Shown: positions 33,331-47,456, counted from the first letter of the whole stretch. The stretch: 58,098 nt of DNA, filler included, from Sphacelaria rigidula (GCA_964200075.2; 7 parts of 7 records of this genome joined end to end with filler, not necessarily neighbours in it); one strand, 5' to 3'. The notes: generated by a model not told the origin, from the sequence alone. Numbers and translations: made by a program.

Positions 33331-36300
33331 AAGAGAGAACGAAATTCGTGGTTGGGGGTGAGGCCGTGCAGGGGGCTGGCTGGTTTTGACCCTCCAGCCA
33401 CCACCGCGGGTCATCTGTCGAATCGGCATCATTTTCATGGGAGACTTGGATGCAAGATCCGGATAAGACCCCTTTGCGGTCGAAAGGTCGCGGTTGGAAG
33501 ACCTGAACCTCTCCGCCCGGACCAGCGGCGGAGCAGTTGGCCATCCTCTTGTTGTCGTGAAGTATATTCTACTCGGGAAACGGAATCAGGTACGGAAAAT
33601 ATACGAGGGTAAAGCTTACTTACACCACGTTTTTTTTTGTATCCAATCTCTACCAGGTACATCTGCGACTCTAAACTCTTCCCACGACGAGGCCTCTTGG
33701 GACCATTACCACAGGGATATTCCTAGATTTGAACTCAAGTCACGGGTGTTGTCAAAGCTGGCACACCACATGGACTCAGACGCGACTGCGTGATGGGCAG
33801 CATTTGAAACGGCGAAGGCTCGAAACGTTCTCTTTCGTTGAGCGCCGTAAGCCCGCCCGTATGTAGGAGATGGCAGATGGGAGGTGCCATACCCCTTGTG
33901 CCATTGTGTGTTGACAACACACACTTGGAGCGGGAGAATTACGAAATGGGCGGAAATACATGCAAGCTTTTTTTTTTTAATCGCAACCTCTTGTCATCCG
34001 AAACCCTCTTGTAGGCAAAGCATCGGGGATATGTGAAGAACTGCCTCGGTGTAAATGATGAGTCGGGAATCAGCAGGTGAAACGACATACTGTACATATA
34101 TGGTATTTCGTTGACAAGGCAGGCAGTGGCTGGTCCGCTACAGCATTCTGGGGCTACCGACCTTTCACGTCAGCCTTCAATATTGAAATCGTTTCGTGAT
34201 CGGGTCTGGTGATCAAAGGTTCTCCAAGGATGCGGCACGATTTAGCTGACGTCCTTGTTGGTAAAATGTGACCGATGTCGCTGACGGAAAGACGTCCTTG
34301 AGAGCGCTTCCAGTCGTCGAGAGTGCTTCCAGTAGTCTACCGCCTGGAGATCTGAAGATACAGACAGACTACCCACAACAACAACAATCGCGGGTCAACG
34401 GGGGACCCCTGCTGAAGAACCACGCAACCATGGTCGTACGGTATCCACCACAAAAGCACGCGGGTTTGTTTGTAACTGTCCCGTCGTGTGCTAGGCTTCA
34501 AGTCGGGGCATGCCAGGCGGTCGTTTCGGAGACGCTGTGTGCTTTCGTATTGCAGTCCAGACAGTGTAGCAAAAGCTGCTGTTTTGACATTCTGGCGAAG
34601 AGTATCAGTCGGGCCTCCTCTTGCCTCATAAGACAAAGGGCAAAACCATCATCTTATGTACCCATGCGCATGGAGCCAGTCGCTTTCAAAATGGCGCTCG
34701 CGCGTCCTCCTGTTCTTACCCGATAAAAGTCGGGGTGAAGTCGCCATGAACCTCTATGGGCACCGGAAAATCGCTCAACGCGGTTCTTCCGGCTTCTACG
34801 GATGGCAACTCAACCTGCTGTGCGCAGCTACCTTCATCACATCTGCAGCCACATTCTCTCCATCGAACGCGATGGGTTCAACAGACAGTGCGGACAGAGC
34901 AGTAAACATTACACTACACGGTAAGCGACAGCGAGACTCACGCAGGGAATACTATCTGTCCGACTTTTACGAAATATATATACATTGGTACCAGATCCTC
35001 CCTACCCCATCTCCGGTCTAAATGCGGCTCGTGTGTCGAGGGATGCCCACGCCGACAAGAGGGGGATACCGCAACGATAAAAATTCAGTGTCGTTTACAT
35101 GAAGTTTCAGAGGTTGGGTGAGTTCTTCGCCAGACTACAAGTAGCAGGGAAAAAAAAAAAAGACAAAGATTGAAACCTTCTTTCGTCCATTGCCGCGTCC
35201 CGTGTGCTCGGGAACGCTCATTCAAAAAAACTCGCGTAATTAGGAACACGGCACGGCACCCGGGAAAGCCGCGGCAGGAATTACCACGGTGCAACCGATG
35301 TATGTACATTTCTGTACCACAGAATCAGTCACCTCTATTCCCTAAGCCCCGACGTTCAGGAGACTTGATGTGTGGCAGTGTTACGGGTTAGGGGGGAGGG
35401 ACGCAAAATGCGGCGCATTTCCAAAATTACACTACATTACGCCCTTCAAACGGGCTTCTCACATTTTACGAGGGCAGAGGGCAAACAGGTGCTCTATCAC
35501 TTGAAAACTGTGGGAGAGGTGTGGTTTGCAGGGGTGCGGAGTGGGCGGATGCAATAAGTAGTCATGCGTTGGGTATTTGGGTGTGCTCTGGTGAGAGATG
35601 AGCTTTTGTGCTTACAATCGGTGGCGCTGGCAGTGCGCACTGGAGCAGCTCTCGAGCATACATGGAGACAAACAGGCAGCCCTTGATTGACACAGAGTGC
35701 CTTAGGCGTGAGCCGTGTATCGTAGCAAGTACATTTCATGGGCTGGCCTGTAGACTTGAGCAAGGAGGGGCACGATACGAAAAGGTCGATCGTTTGGTAT
35801 TCATAACTCGTCTTTACCTACACACCACTGACCATTACAACAGGTGTTGTGCGCGATGAGGAAGAGATTAATGGGGAGGAAAACGTTGCATGTCTCACCA
35901 GCACGATGTTCCCGCCCCTCTTCGCCACTAAGGGGAGCCCCAATAGGTACTCCCGTCAAGCTCCTGTTTGAGTTATGTAATTCCCTCCTGCAAAAAAACA
36001 CCTCGATGGTTTTCATCACACTAGTATACAAAATACTCTGACCCGTAGTGGCTTTATGATTCGGTCGATCATTGACTGGTCGAGACCAGCTCTTTACCAA
36101 TAATCGACATAATTATGTAGTCAAGATATAGTATGTTTAATAAGAATTTCATCTCGGTTTCTTTTATCTATTTTCACCATGAAGAAGTACGATAGATTGA
36201 ATGTTATAATAAATTTCAGAGTATAAGATTTCATATATTATATTCCAATCGCCCAACTTTTTTCCACGTTGCCTGTGGTCATTGGACACCAGCAGATTGA

Positions 36301-38354
36301 TTTGGAAAATGGCGATAACTTTTAGAATGCGACCGGTCCCCCGCACGAGATATGGACTGTCCTGTCGTGCTGTAGAAGAGGAGGCCCAGATAATCAAGCG
36401 AGGGGGATTGCGCTAGGATAATCTGAGGAGTGGAGGGAGCCAGCGATCTTTTCATTTCCCGTTTCTTTCAAACAGGAACAGTTAATAGATAGACAAGAAC
36501 TTGTATCTCGAAATCGCACACACGGATTTGGCGCGGTAACACCTTGCTCACTGAGGGCAGCTCAGGCTCACAGGTCCATACACACACACTTTTGGGAGAG
36601 CTGTTGTACAGCACTGCCCTAAAGCACCATGGTGAGTTGTGCAAAGATTTTCGTGCAGTAGTGTATCATGCCGCAGTAGCCGTCACTTGGATTGACGGGG
36701 TCGTGTTTGTGTTTGTTTGATGTTGGTGAAGTTGTGTACAACACAATGATCAAGATTGGTTGTTCGCTGCCTACTTTTGCAGCTGTCCGTTGTGCTGGGG
36801 CATTTGAAGTGGTCAAGCCGCAGCCGGCTATCTCGCGCAACAGCCTTGTGCTGGTGTTTTCAGTGACGCAGTTTATTTCAAGTCAATGCAAAGTTCGAGG
36901 CCATCAATCTGAACATATATAAGCAAGATCTGCTGAAACATTACTGATACACGTAGCACCAATCTGTGTTCTTGTCGGTGTTACCCAGAAATTATCTTGA
37001 CTACACCCTACACAGTCGTCTGTTCTTTTGATGGCCAGGAACTGCATGTACGGACGGCATTCGTGCCCTAACGCTGTAACGTCAGTTCTGAGTATTTTCC
37101 CAGATGACAGTTGAATGCTCTCTTCCTTATGAGGTTGCGCAATGCGCACACATTTTTTCGTGCCCCCGATAATTTTTCAACCCCTGTGCTGTCGGCGTGG
37201 TGTTCCTGAGCCGAAATGAACCAAACTTGAGCAGTAGAAGATGGCAAGAAAAAAACACGATATATTTCAAATCTCGAGTTATTTTTCGCTCACAAGTTGC
37301 CGTTTTCGTGTCGGCTTCCAGAAGAAGCAAGGCAACCTTGGGCGATCTATGCCACGACCCCAGCCTTCTGGCGCTTGCTAGATTATAATCCACTAGGGAG
37401 CATAGATTTTCAGTCGCATGCAAATATATACTCCGGAGTATATTTTTCGTCTCTTGAAACCGTCCGGTGCAGACACGGTACCGATTGCTTGTTCTGGTGT
37501 ACCGCCTGTCTCATGCTCATCACCCGAAATTGTGTAATCAGTAAATGCCTTTTGCAATACCTACCAAATAGTCGCATACATGATATCATAATGACCGCCA
37601 TGGACAGCTGAATGGCATAGCCGGATTTGTGTTTGAGGCCACAGTGATTGCGCTGAGGGCGAAAAGGTACCTCGACCAATCAGCGCCCTTCAAATTGTTC
37701 TGAAATCGTAGTAACCGCCGTCAGCTCAGGAATCTCTCGGGAAAAACAGATTAAAAAACGGTTTCCACGGGGTCCCAGATCCGACTGTACAGATATGATG
37801 GTTTCGGGACTCCCGGGAACTACCCCCGTAACAGCCGTTCACTGGGTTACACGTCACAAAAGGAAATCTCTCCGCACATGCCAAAATGGCGATGTCCTCT
37901 AATGCATCCCGGGGTAGTCCACGGAACGTAAGGACAAAGTTTGGTCGAGAAACTCGAAAACCGTATACTTCGTACAGTTTCTATCGCCTTGACGGTAAAT
38001 ACAGTGAGTACACCGAAACAGACGTTTTCATACTAAAACCAAGTAGTTGGGAGTTTGCAGGTTTCAAGCTCACGTCATCGCACAAACGCGCAAAACCTCA
38101 CGCCGTTTTTACGAGTTAGACCCTGAGACTGTACTGTGCCGAAATGTGTTACGGGTCATAACGCAGCTTTCGATGGACGAGGTTTTTTTAATTTGCTTAC
38201 TCTTTTTACCGTTCTTCGGGGATCGGACGGAATACGATTTACCCCCAAAGCCTGGGATCCCCGAAAAACGGCAAAGAAGGTTGAAAAAACAAGAACTCCA
38301 CCTTCGAGAGTTGCGTAATGATCCATAGCAAAACTGTGCCAAATTTCACGACAT

Positions 38355-38830
38355 AAGACTGCCTCTTCTGGGAGCCGTTCAAAATTTCTGTTTCAAACTG
38401 CCTTTTTGGCCCTTCTCCGTCGTTTTACGCCTAAAAAGAGGCCTCGTCAGATATGGACCCTTCGGAATGATTTGCTCTACTCAATGAGACCGTTCCAGGG
38501 CAACTTTGCATTTCCCACACTGGCCGCACTTTAATTTTGGCCGAACACGGATTTTCAGTGAAAAACAGTCAAGCGATCAAAAAACGGGGAGGAATTTTGA
38601 TCACCTGACCGTTTTTCACTGAAAATCCGTGTTTGACCTGCTTTGGCCAAAAACAAAACTGCGGCCGCGGGAGAAGCAAAGTTGCCCCGGAACGGTTTCA
38701 ACGAGTATAATAAGTCATTCCGAGCCGTCAACATCCGCCTAGCCCTCTTTTCGGGCGTAAATCGACGAAGGAGGGCCCAACAGACAGTTTTCAACAGGAA
38801 CTTTGAACGGCTCCCAGTAGAGTAGGCCTA
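38355..38830. mobile_element. ~470-bp foldback element nested in the 37650-39060 element
   Basis: Arms are reverse complements (CTGGGAGCCGTTCAAA / TTTGAACGGCTCCCAG; AACACGGATTTTCAGTGAAAAAC / GTTTTTCACTGAAAATCCGTGTT). It is absent from the paralogous host copy at ~28970-29040. Confidence 0.85.
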
Positions 38831-39146
38831 GCTCCCGAAAACAGCGTGAAGTTTTGCGGATGAGCGTTTTTGGTTTGATAAGCGTGAATCAGCGTATATC
38901 GTAGCACACGGTGTATATCACCCCCAGCTACTTTGCCGAACGTCATCACCCCAGACTCGGGGGATTCTATACAACGTACCCTTACAAAATCAGTACTGTT
39001 TTAGGCACCGGTATGGTGGGAAAAGTAAGTCAAAAGTTATTATCTGGGGTGTTTTTAAAGGTTGGGGGAGTGGGGGAGGGGAGGGGAGGGGTACCACGTA
39101 TCGACTGATAGACGTATGCGTATCCTTGATACAGCATACACCGTAT

Positions 39147-39626
39147 CACGGTTAGGACGAATCAAATCGTGCTTCAACTCATATTCATCATCCCAACGAA
39201 TAAATCATACGATTCATAAACCATTTGTAACTTATGCAGGTTTTGAGCTCTTGAGTCGTGCAGTACACCGTCAAAGATTCCTGTTTCCTACCTTCCCTTC
39301 ATACGGGATAAATCATGGGCACATATGTATCCCCTGTGGTTCATGTGCAATTAACCGATTGTACATGCCGCCCACTCTTGAGTTCATGAGGCGTGAATGG
39401 CATGTACATGTATAACATGTGTGATTCGAGCGGGACGAAGAGTCGGCACATGGTTGAATCCTCTCATTTCGTGGGCCTTGAATCTCCCATCTGTAATGCG
39501 CCGGAGATGACTCCGCTACCTGTCATCCACCCTCGGGATCATGCGGGACTAACAGTCGGCATAGGATTGAATCCTCTCATTTCATGGAGAGTCAGCTCGT
39601 ATGAACTCTAATTCGTCCTAACCATG
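39147..39626. mobile_element. 480-bp MITE with perfect 8-bp TSD (P-element-like termini), related to 1729-3248
   Basis: TIRs are CACGGTTAGGACGAAT and ATTCGTCCTAACCATG. TSD CACCGTAT lies at 39139-39146 and 39627-39634. Confidence 0.9.
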
Positions 39627-41389
39627 CACCGTATCATATGGTACTGTACTGTACCCATATCGAAACGGTACGGTGGATGCTGTCTGCTGCTCAGGGGAGC
39701 ACTCTACTCGATATGAAGTCCAACGCCACCCGTATCACGGATACACATGCGCACGCGCACATACACCACCGTGCCTAGGCTGCTCATTCTCCACACGAAA
39801 CAGAGACGGATGAAACATACACGGTGAAATCATGTCGAAATCTGACTTGTGATCCAGTGACAAAAAAGCACCGACAGCGTCTGGTTGCTCGTCGATCCTG
39901 GTCACCCTCCTGTAATCCTCGTATGTCGGCGCAATTGACTCTCTTTGCTTCTGCGCTTTTCAAGAGAATGAAATAGACATGATTCTTTGATTTCCTTTTA
40001 CGGGACGGAGCTGCGGGCCTCAGCACAGAACGCGAACATAAAACCGCTGCGTATATAATCTTGGGGACGAATCCCACCCCAGTGACGACAGAAGATGGTG
40101 CAGGCAAAAAGACTGGGGCGGGCTCTTATGCTGTCGTAGTTGCAAGCCTGAACACCAACGAAGCGCAACAACTGCACCACCCCAATCCGCCACAAAAAAA
40201 CGAGGGAGGGAGTAGTGCTCGTTGGTTGGTTTCATCATATGTACCAGATTTCCTCACAAAATCTATAAGGGATTCGTCCGTTCGTGCGTATCCGACACAA
40301 AATATTCGCCATGGTACATGCAATCCGGTGGAGATACTACGGTAGTGCAGTGGGCTGCCAACCCGGTGTGACCGCACCATGGTGGTATAGTGCAATACTT
40401 GGAAATAGTGTTCACTGCACACCAGTGGTCGAACCGTAAAATCGTCAAGCACTTTGTGCGAAGATGCAGTAGTGATTTCGAATCCCAACAGTCGTGGTCG
40501 ATTTTACTGATATCAGGCGTGGAAAGGGTGAAAACGTGAGATCACAAGGTTAGAAAAGTACAAACGATCAATCAAGAACCTGCAATGATGAGGCCTATAC
40601 TCTATAAAGCTACGAGCTGCGCCAGCTCAGAAGCGACTGAAAGTTGCTCACACCACAGCTTTCCCAGTTTCCCGAATGAACCCGATGTCAGCACATCACT
40701 GTGGACTACAGACCCACCTGATGACAAAGGACTGCATCGCTGTTGGATTGGCGTCGTATTGCCGATGACGTTATTGTACTGCATAGAGTACGGGGTGCGT
40801 CTCATATCATTGGGCGATAGCGTGTCGGAGTGCTTTTTCTTTTTTGAAGCAGTGGGTTCACGTGAGCAGTCACCCCGCACTGGGTATATGTGGGGTGCAG
40901 CAGCGTCACGCAAAACGTTGAACGCACGACGCAATTCGACGACTCTTGAGCTGAAATTTTACGGAGACCTTCTGCCCCAAAGAAGTGATACATCAGGGGA
41001 GCAGCTGCAGACTCTCATTTTTTTCCTGGACTTAGTATGGCATTATCTTGTTTTTGCTGAAATTTCAAATACCCATAATTACCTGTTTTTTTTCTTTTTG
41101 TCTTTGCTGCTCACGGGATGCTCTGCATGTCGATCATAAAACGCTGCTGTCAAAAGTTCAGCGCCCAACTCCTAATATCGCTCCGTGCGTCTCCTGAGCG
41201 AGAAAACTACCCATTATTGTGGGCTGGCCCAGGTCGTACAGTGATGGTCCCCTTGTAGTGCAGTCACGCCTGGCTGGCAACCAACCGCACTATGCGGAGA
41301 CCCCAATGTACCCCTGATTACGGTGGACTATCTCTGACGCCGTGACCCATCGGAAAAACTTTTCCTGGAACAAGACCAAGTCTATTTCC

Positions 41390-41422
<33 letters not shown>

Positions 41423-41471
41423 CCCCCCCGCGCCCCGCCGCCCCCCCCCCCCCCGCGGCTGGGGGGGCGCC

Positions 41472-41571
41472 NNNNNNNNNNNNNNNNNNNNNNNNNNNNN
41501 NNNNNNNNNNNNNNNTTAATTAATTAANNNNNNNNNNNNNNNNNNNNNNNNNNNNNNNNNNNNNNNNNNNN
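41472..41571. other. Artificial contig linker (junction 5)
   Basis: Same N44-TTAATTAATTAA-N44 structure. Confidence 0.97.
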
Positions 41572-41599
41572 GAATCAATTCCGCCGCACGAACTCGTTT

Positions 41600-43520
41600 G
41601 AGGCGGGAAAATCTTGGTAAGACACCGCCTCAGACCCACTTTCATGGCAGGCACGAATCTCGATTTTTTCAACATCGGGGGGACAAAATATCGAGGAACG
41701 CACTTTATGGACACGGATTTGGACCAAATCGGGGGCGAAAAAATCGGGGGAAATCGTTTCGAGATCGTGACTTCTCCCGAATTTTTTGAGGTGACGTACG
41801 TGCATGACGTACATTGCTAGAGTACGAGGCGTTTGATGTTTTTGCAACGTCAGCAGAAGACAGTCTCGTGACAGCACGGGCGTGCGTACTGCCGCCCCCA
41901 GCTGCTGAAGCAGCTTCGCACAGTGTTTGACAAGCGGATAATAAGTGCTGACGCCATACCCTACGGCGATAAAAATATTTTATACTGCGCTGCGCTGCCG
42001 TATTTATCACTAGAACGAACGCTACTGTACTCTCCTATAATAGGGTATCAAGGTAAGACACTGTACTTGAAGGATTGTGTACCGCCTGCCTGCTCTTCGG
42101 CTTCATGCACGAGTAAGCAGTACCACACTCATGCAAAAAAATGACCGTCTGTGTGTACGGAACCGTTTCACAAATCTGTGCCATAAGACGATCCCCCCGA
42201 TTTTGAGTTCACGAATTTGAGTCTTCCCGATTTTTCCAAATCGGGGTCCCAAAAACTCGAGATTCGTTTGCCATGAAAATGGGTCTCACACTTGGGTCAC
42301 AGAAAACTCACCTCGTGTACAGTCCAACGAATTTCACACTACCCACGAAAGTGGGGCATGCTAGCATCCATCGTTCAAGATAAAGGTTGTGCTTCTAGCC
42401 TCAGGCAACGGTGTCGTTTTTACCGCCCGTCCGGTTTCGTCTCCATCTGGACCTTTTCGATTACGGGTATCAACCGCTTCAGGATCAGGTGCAACCCCAC
42501 GCAACAGTTTCGTTTTTACCGCTCGTCCGGGTTCAACAGCGTTTTCGTGAGAGAGTACAGGATAGGATTGAGAGAGAAAAACGATCAATTACTGAATGAG
42601 CAGTTTCAGTTCCGAAATGCCCCTCCATGAGGCCCGATATGCTTTCTGCATTTTCTTGCCACTGAGACCACTTTGTATGGCAGCCAATCCCGAATCTGGC
42701 GGGACCCGAATCTGTGCCAAATCGGGGAGACCCAGATTCGTGAAACTCAAATTCGCGTGTACCCCTGTATGGCTTCACAGATTTGTTGAAATTGTTCTGT
42801 ACACGAACGGTCATTTTCTGGGCGCGGGTGTGGTTTAGTATCACAGTGAACCGGAAGAACAGGGAGCTGGGAATCATCCTTCAAGAGCAGCGTCGTACCG
42901 TGGTACCCTAGGGTATACTGTTGTGAAGTATACTGCACAATCACAGTACACGATAATGCCCTGTGGTGATACATGATGGTACAGTCGGTATTGCGAGAAC
43001 AGTGCACAGTGTGCGACAAGAGTTCATGAGTGCAGTGTCATCACCCTGCAAGTACTGCGATAGCAGAGTGGAGGAAAGTACAGTACCGTTCGTTATGATG
43101 ATACATGCAGCAGTACATAGTGCAGCATAAATATTTGCCATCACCGCAGGTACGGCGTCAACACTTCTTATCCCCTTGTCAAACCCCGTGCGGAGCTGCT
43201 CCAGCAGCCGGCGCTGGCAGGCACTGTCTGTGCTGTCACGAGACTGTCTGCTGCTGTTGTTGCAAAAATACCAAACGCCTGTTGCCCTATCATTGTACGT
43301 CGACATACGTACGTCAGTTGCTGCAGATTCGGGGGACCTCGATTTTCCACGGATCTGCGCTCAGATTCGTGGAAAACCGTTCTCAAATCGTGACAAACGA
43401 ATCTGAGCTTTGGGCCAAATTGGGGTCCATACAATGCGTTTCCGGATCTGAGGTCCCCTGATCTGCGTACAGATCCGTTTTTTCGACTGCCATACAAAGT
43501 GGTCTGAATCCCTTGATATC
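41600..43520. mobile_element. Two diverged copies of one non-autonomous element in inverted orientation (~41600-42300 and ~42630-43520)
   Basis: GACAGTCTCGTGACAGCAC..GCTGCTG(A/G)AGCAGCT..TTTGACAAG..GACGCC(A/G)TACC occurs forward at ~41860-41960 and reverse-complemented at ~43150-43250. Confidence 0.75.
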
Positions 43521-43979
43521 CCTGAGTAGGATATCGATGTGTAGCCGTAAGCACACGCCAGTGTTACAGGCAAAAAAAAGCACACACAGAGTGAGAAATT
43601 GGTGAAGTTGAAGCGAATAATCAAACCCACTCTCAATCAACGCTCTACTCTCAATCTCACGAAAACATTGGATTTCGTCTTCATCTTGACCTTTTCGATT
43701 ACGAGTATCGACCGCTTCAGGACCCGCCCGGGGCACAATAATAGTCTACTATTAATAGTGGAAAACCACGGCTGACACACGTGGCAGAAGTGCCGCCGGT
43801 ACGTAGCGTGCGACGGGTCCTGCACGCGTGGAGATTTCGAACAAAATGGCGCAAACAAGATTATGTGAACCATATTTATTTAATGTAAGCAAGTGAAGAC
43901 TTTGAACCCCAACAATAACCGTAACCACTACGAAAGAAGGGAAGCCATGTGGGCGTCATCCCAGCTGCGCTGCATAGAC

Positions 43980-45123
43980 ACTGCATCACAGGGAACAAAA
44001 TAACCGAACCGAGTACAATGGCGCCCCGTCACTCGTCTGACCCCCCACCGGAAGTACAGTAACGACGTCAAACATCTTTGAATCCAACCTCGTCGTTCCT
44101 GGTCGGCAGTAGTGAGACGTCGGCCGCCTGTGTAGCATGAGCAATCCGCTGGCCATATGCATCGGCTCGAGAGCGAGGGTCATCGTCGAGGTTCATGACT
44201 TATTCTTCCCGGCGCGTGCCAACGGCGCGTGCGTTGGTGTTGAGGGTGTTTGCGGCGTTGAAACATCTGCCGGTAGACGTTGACGATGTTTTGGAACCCA
44301 TCTGGTCTGTCATATCCGTCATAGTCTGAACATACCCCTTCTTCGCAGTTCCGCGCGGCATTGATTATAGGCATGTACAACCGTGAGAAGGTTCCTCCCG
44401 GCTGGCACATTGACAGCCATGCCTCTACCGTTCGATCGGCGATTTTGACGAGTATCTCCAGTCGGCATGATGACTTGTATGTTATCATAGAGAGGGAATG
44501 TCACGATGTCTTCACAGAAGAGGGAGGATCCAAGGGCCAGGAATCCGCGACGGCAGCTTCGATATGGACAGAATCTGTAGGTAATTACCGGCTATTTTGA
44601 TTTCAGAGGATGACCTCCACAATCTCGGACACACATCGCCTGCGTACTGAGTTCGGGAGATACGACTGTACGTGCGCTGTCGGCGCTGCATCGCGCTGAA
44701 ACTTCGCCCGCATGTCATGGTAAGTACACAAAACAAGCCCGCATCGCTGAATCTGGGCTTGCGGCTTGCAGCAGCACGCAACGGGCCGAGAAAAGGTCAG
44801 TTTATGTTCCGATAATATGTTTTTTCATTTTGGCGTAAGACTGTGATACAATGACAACCAAATGCATAACGAACGCACGGCACGCGGCGTGCACTGCCTC
44901 GCGGATACACAACACTGATGTCTGGGAAGCATATTTGATGCATATTCCTACTTGGTGGCAAGCATAAATGGAGCATACCATCGTTTTTTGTGAGGTGGCA
45001 TAAAAGCATAATGGAGCAGAATTGCAGCAGAATTCGCCTTTTTTGGAGCATAGCCTGAAAAAAAATGGGCATAAAGGAGGCGGCATAATCGGCGAAAAGA
45101 GGAGCATAAAGGACTCAAGCCTG
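43980..45123 (-). mobile_element. Probable decayed hAT transposon 5' portion with transposase remnants
   Basis: Minus-strand terminus CAGGCTTGAGTCC at 45123 and about ten GCATA(A) subterminal motifs at 44860-45110. Broken frames give PVITYRF..RGFLAL (TRW-like) and PMHMASGLL. Confidence 0.45.
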
Positions 45124-45456
45124 TGCGCACTCCAAACACCCACTAAAGATGCTCCGCACTCTGGTTATCCAGACTGTACCTGCCACAATGATTTGATACT
45201 TACTTGATGCGCTGTTTACACACGAAGATCCCCAGTCTAAACAACCAGGCATATCTAGTGATGGGCTAGGCCCTCCTAGGCTTTGACTCCATCTGCTCTT
45301 TTTTTGCACGATTTCTGTGCTTTTTTCCATTTTTTTCCTGCTTTTTTTTTCCCTCTCTTTTTCTGCGCTTCTTTTGCGCCTTTTTTTGCTCTCCTGCGTA
45401 TGTTTCTCTCTGCGTTTTTTTTTGTTTTTCTGCCCCTTTTTTTTGTACGTCATAAG

Positions 45457-45573
45457 TCAAGCCACACTAGTAATACGGTGGGGGACAGCGTGGGGAGCCC
45501 TGATTTGACCCAACTTTTGAACAGAGCTCCCCACGTGGTGCCCGTCCCCCACTGTAGTACTAGCCTGGCTTAA
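45457..45573. mobile_element. ~110-bp palindromic MITE
   Basis: CTAGTAATACGGTGGGGGAC..CGTGGGGAGC mirrors GCTCCCCACG..GTCCCCCACTGTAGTACTAG. Flanks are TCAA and TTAA. Confidence 0.75.
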
Positions 45574-45879
45574 CTTTTGACGTGAAACGTGAAACAAGAA
45601 CGTGTAACGTGTAGGGCCCTGAAATGAGTAGGTCTGTCTGTCCGTCTGTCTGGAGGGTTTTGCCCAGGGCAATCGCAAGTCTGCGCTGTCCTACTGGAAA
45701 TCTGCGCCAGGCAATCCCAATTATGCTCAATGCTCTTTGTCATCTGCTGTATTTTCTGAAAATCTCCGACTTATTTCGGTTTTCCTGCTGTTTTTTTCGC
45801 TACCATTTTTTTACGCCAAAATCCTGAATTCTGCTTTCTCTGCGGCCGCAGATGGAGTCATAGCCTAGGCCCTCCGTCC

Positions 45880-46353
45880 TTGAACCCCAGCCGAAATCGA
45901 GACTGTCTGCTGTCGACCTTCCTGGAACTGTCGTGCTTCACTTACTGTATTCCTGACATCAACCATATCATACGGCAGATCCTCGATGCCAAGCGCGACG
46001 AGGTGCGCGGGCTCATTCGGAAGCAAAACATAGCCGGGCAAAGAGCGCGTCATGAAATTCTCATCAAACACCTGGCGCGTATGGCGGCGAGGAGCAGACG
46101 TCTTACCTTGGATGAAAGGAAAGCGATTTTTGAGAGCACCCTCAGGTCTGTGATTTTTTCACCCCGAGAAGCAGAGCTCGCGACTGACTATAAAGAAGTA
46201 GTAAAAGACGGGGAAGCTGCAACAAAAATGGCGCGGTTGGAGTTGGGACTTAATTACCCCAACAAACGTGAGTGCGACGCCCGGGGTCCCGCAACTCCAA
46301 CATCCTCTACGTCCCCTCCCTCAACCTCAAGATCTACATCTCTCCCGACATAA
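45880..46353 (+). pseudogene. Intronless ORF remnant of unknown helical protein
   Basis: Natural-looking helical sequence (PDINHIIRQILDAKRDEVRGLIRKQ..ERKAIFESTLR). There is no clean ATG start, and the 5' part looks frameshifted. Confidence 0.35.
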
Positions 46354-46801
46354 TCTTCTCTTGCTCTCCCGACACCATCTTCTCCTGGCAGGATCAACAG
46401 TACCTCTTTTTGACGAAGGCCTTTGACGGTTTTCTCCAACATCCACGCCCCTGGTGTTTACTCAACACCACCCATAACAAAAGACATCGTTCGCTCGACC
46501 ACGGCAAGAAACTCGCAACCTGACGACAGGAAAAACCTGACAAGAAGAAGGGGTTCGGCGAAAAAATGTCCCGGAAAGGATCACTTTTGGTGGGGCTTCA
46601 AGTATTGGATTTTTTGTCATCACTTTTCTGCTTAATACTATTAAATATATTGATGATGAGTTGATAGAACTTTAGCTTTTGTCGTGTAGATGTTTTGTTT
46701 CTTGCCTTCCTCTGCGGGCTGTTTTATTTATGGGTATGGGTGGTATACTCCTTGCACTCCGTGACCACGGAAGCGAGAAATCGAGCTCATGTGACGAACA
46801 T

Positions 46802-46802
46802 A

Positions 46803-46852
<50 letters not shown>

Positions 46853-46870
46853 AATAATAATAATAATAAA
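46802..46870. repeat. (GAT)n(AAT)n microsatellite
   Basis: Directly visible. Confidence 0.95.
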
Positions 46871-47456
46871 CTATGGGATTTTGTCATCACACTTCTGCTC
46901 ACACTAATGAATATATTGATGATGATACAGAGCACGTGGGTCTTGGCTGCTCATAGCTGGTAGATTGTCTCGGAAGGTGCTACTCGTATGTGGATAGGAA
47001 TACCGTCAGGGGGGCGCTCTCGTGAGGCGGAAGGTACGTTGAACGTGGTATCGGCTCTTCGTGAACCGTAAGAGCGTGGCCTAATCTTTTCAAACTAAAT
47101 TTTCAAACTCAGCCTTGCGACCAAGCTTGCGCAAGCCAGGTATTCAAGGGCAGGTCGAGTAGAGTATACTCAATACTCGGTATTTTTTTGAAGTCATACT
47201 CTTAGTACCCAAAATTTGAGTAGAGTATTTAAGGCCGTACTCAATCTTCCCGATATTTGACGAGAATAGTTGAGGTCTTACTCAATCTACCCAAAATTCG
47301 AGTAGAGTACTGAGGTGTATCCCGTGGTCCATGGCGAAGGATATTTAGTTTTATCTTTTGTATTATTGGAGAGTGCCTTGAGTCGATCCTACGATGGAGG
47401 AGTCACAAGTGGAGTGAACTCAGACGGCAGAATCGCAGCCGGCCTGATTATGGTAC

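Noticed and set aside
33340..41470. Scattered exon-like pieces in contig 5 (e.g. ~35843-35946 plus, ~39871-39949 minus)
   Set aside because: They are plausible individually but on mixed strands with no recognisable domain, so I cannot support them from sequence alone.
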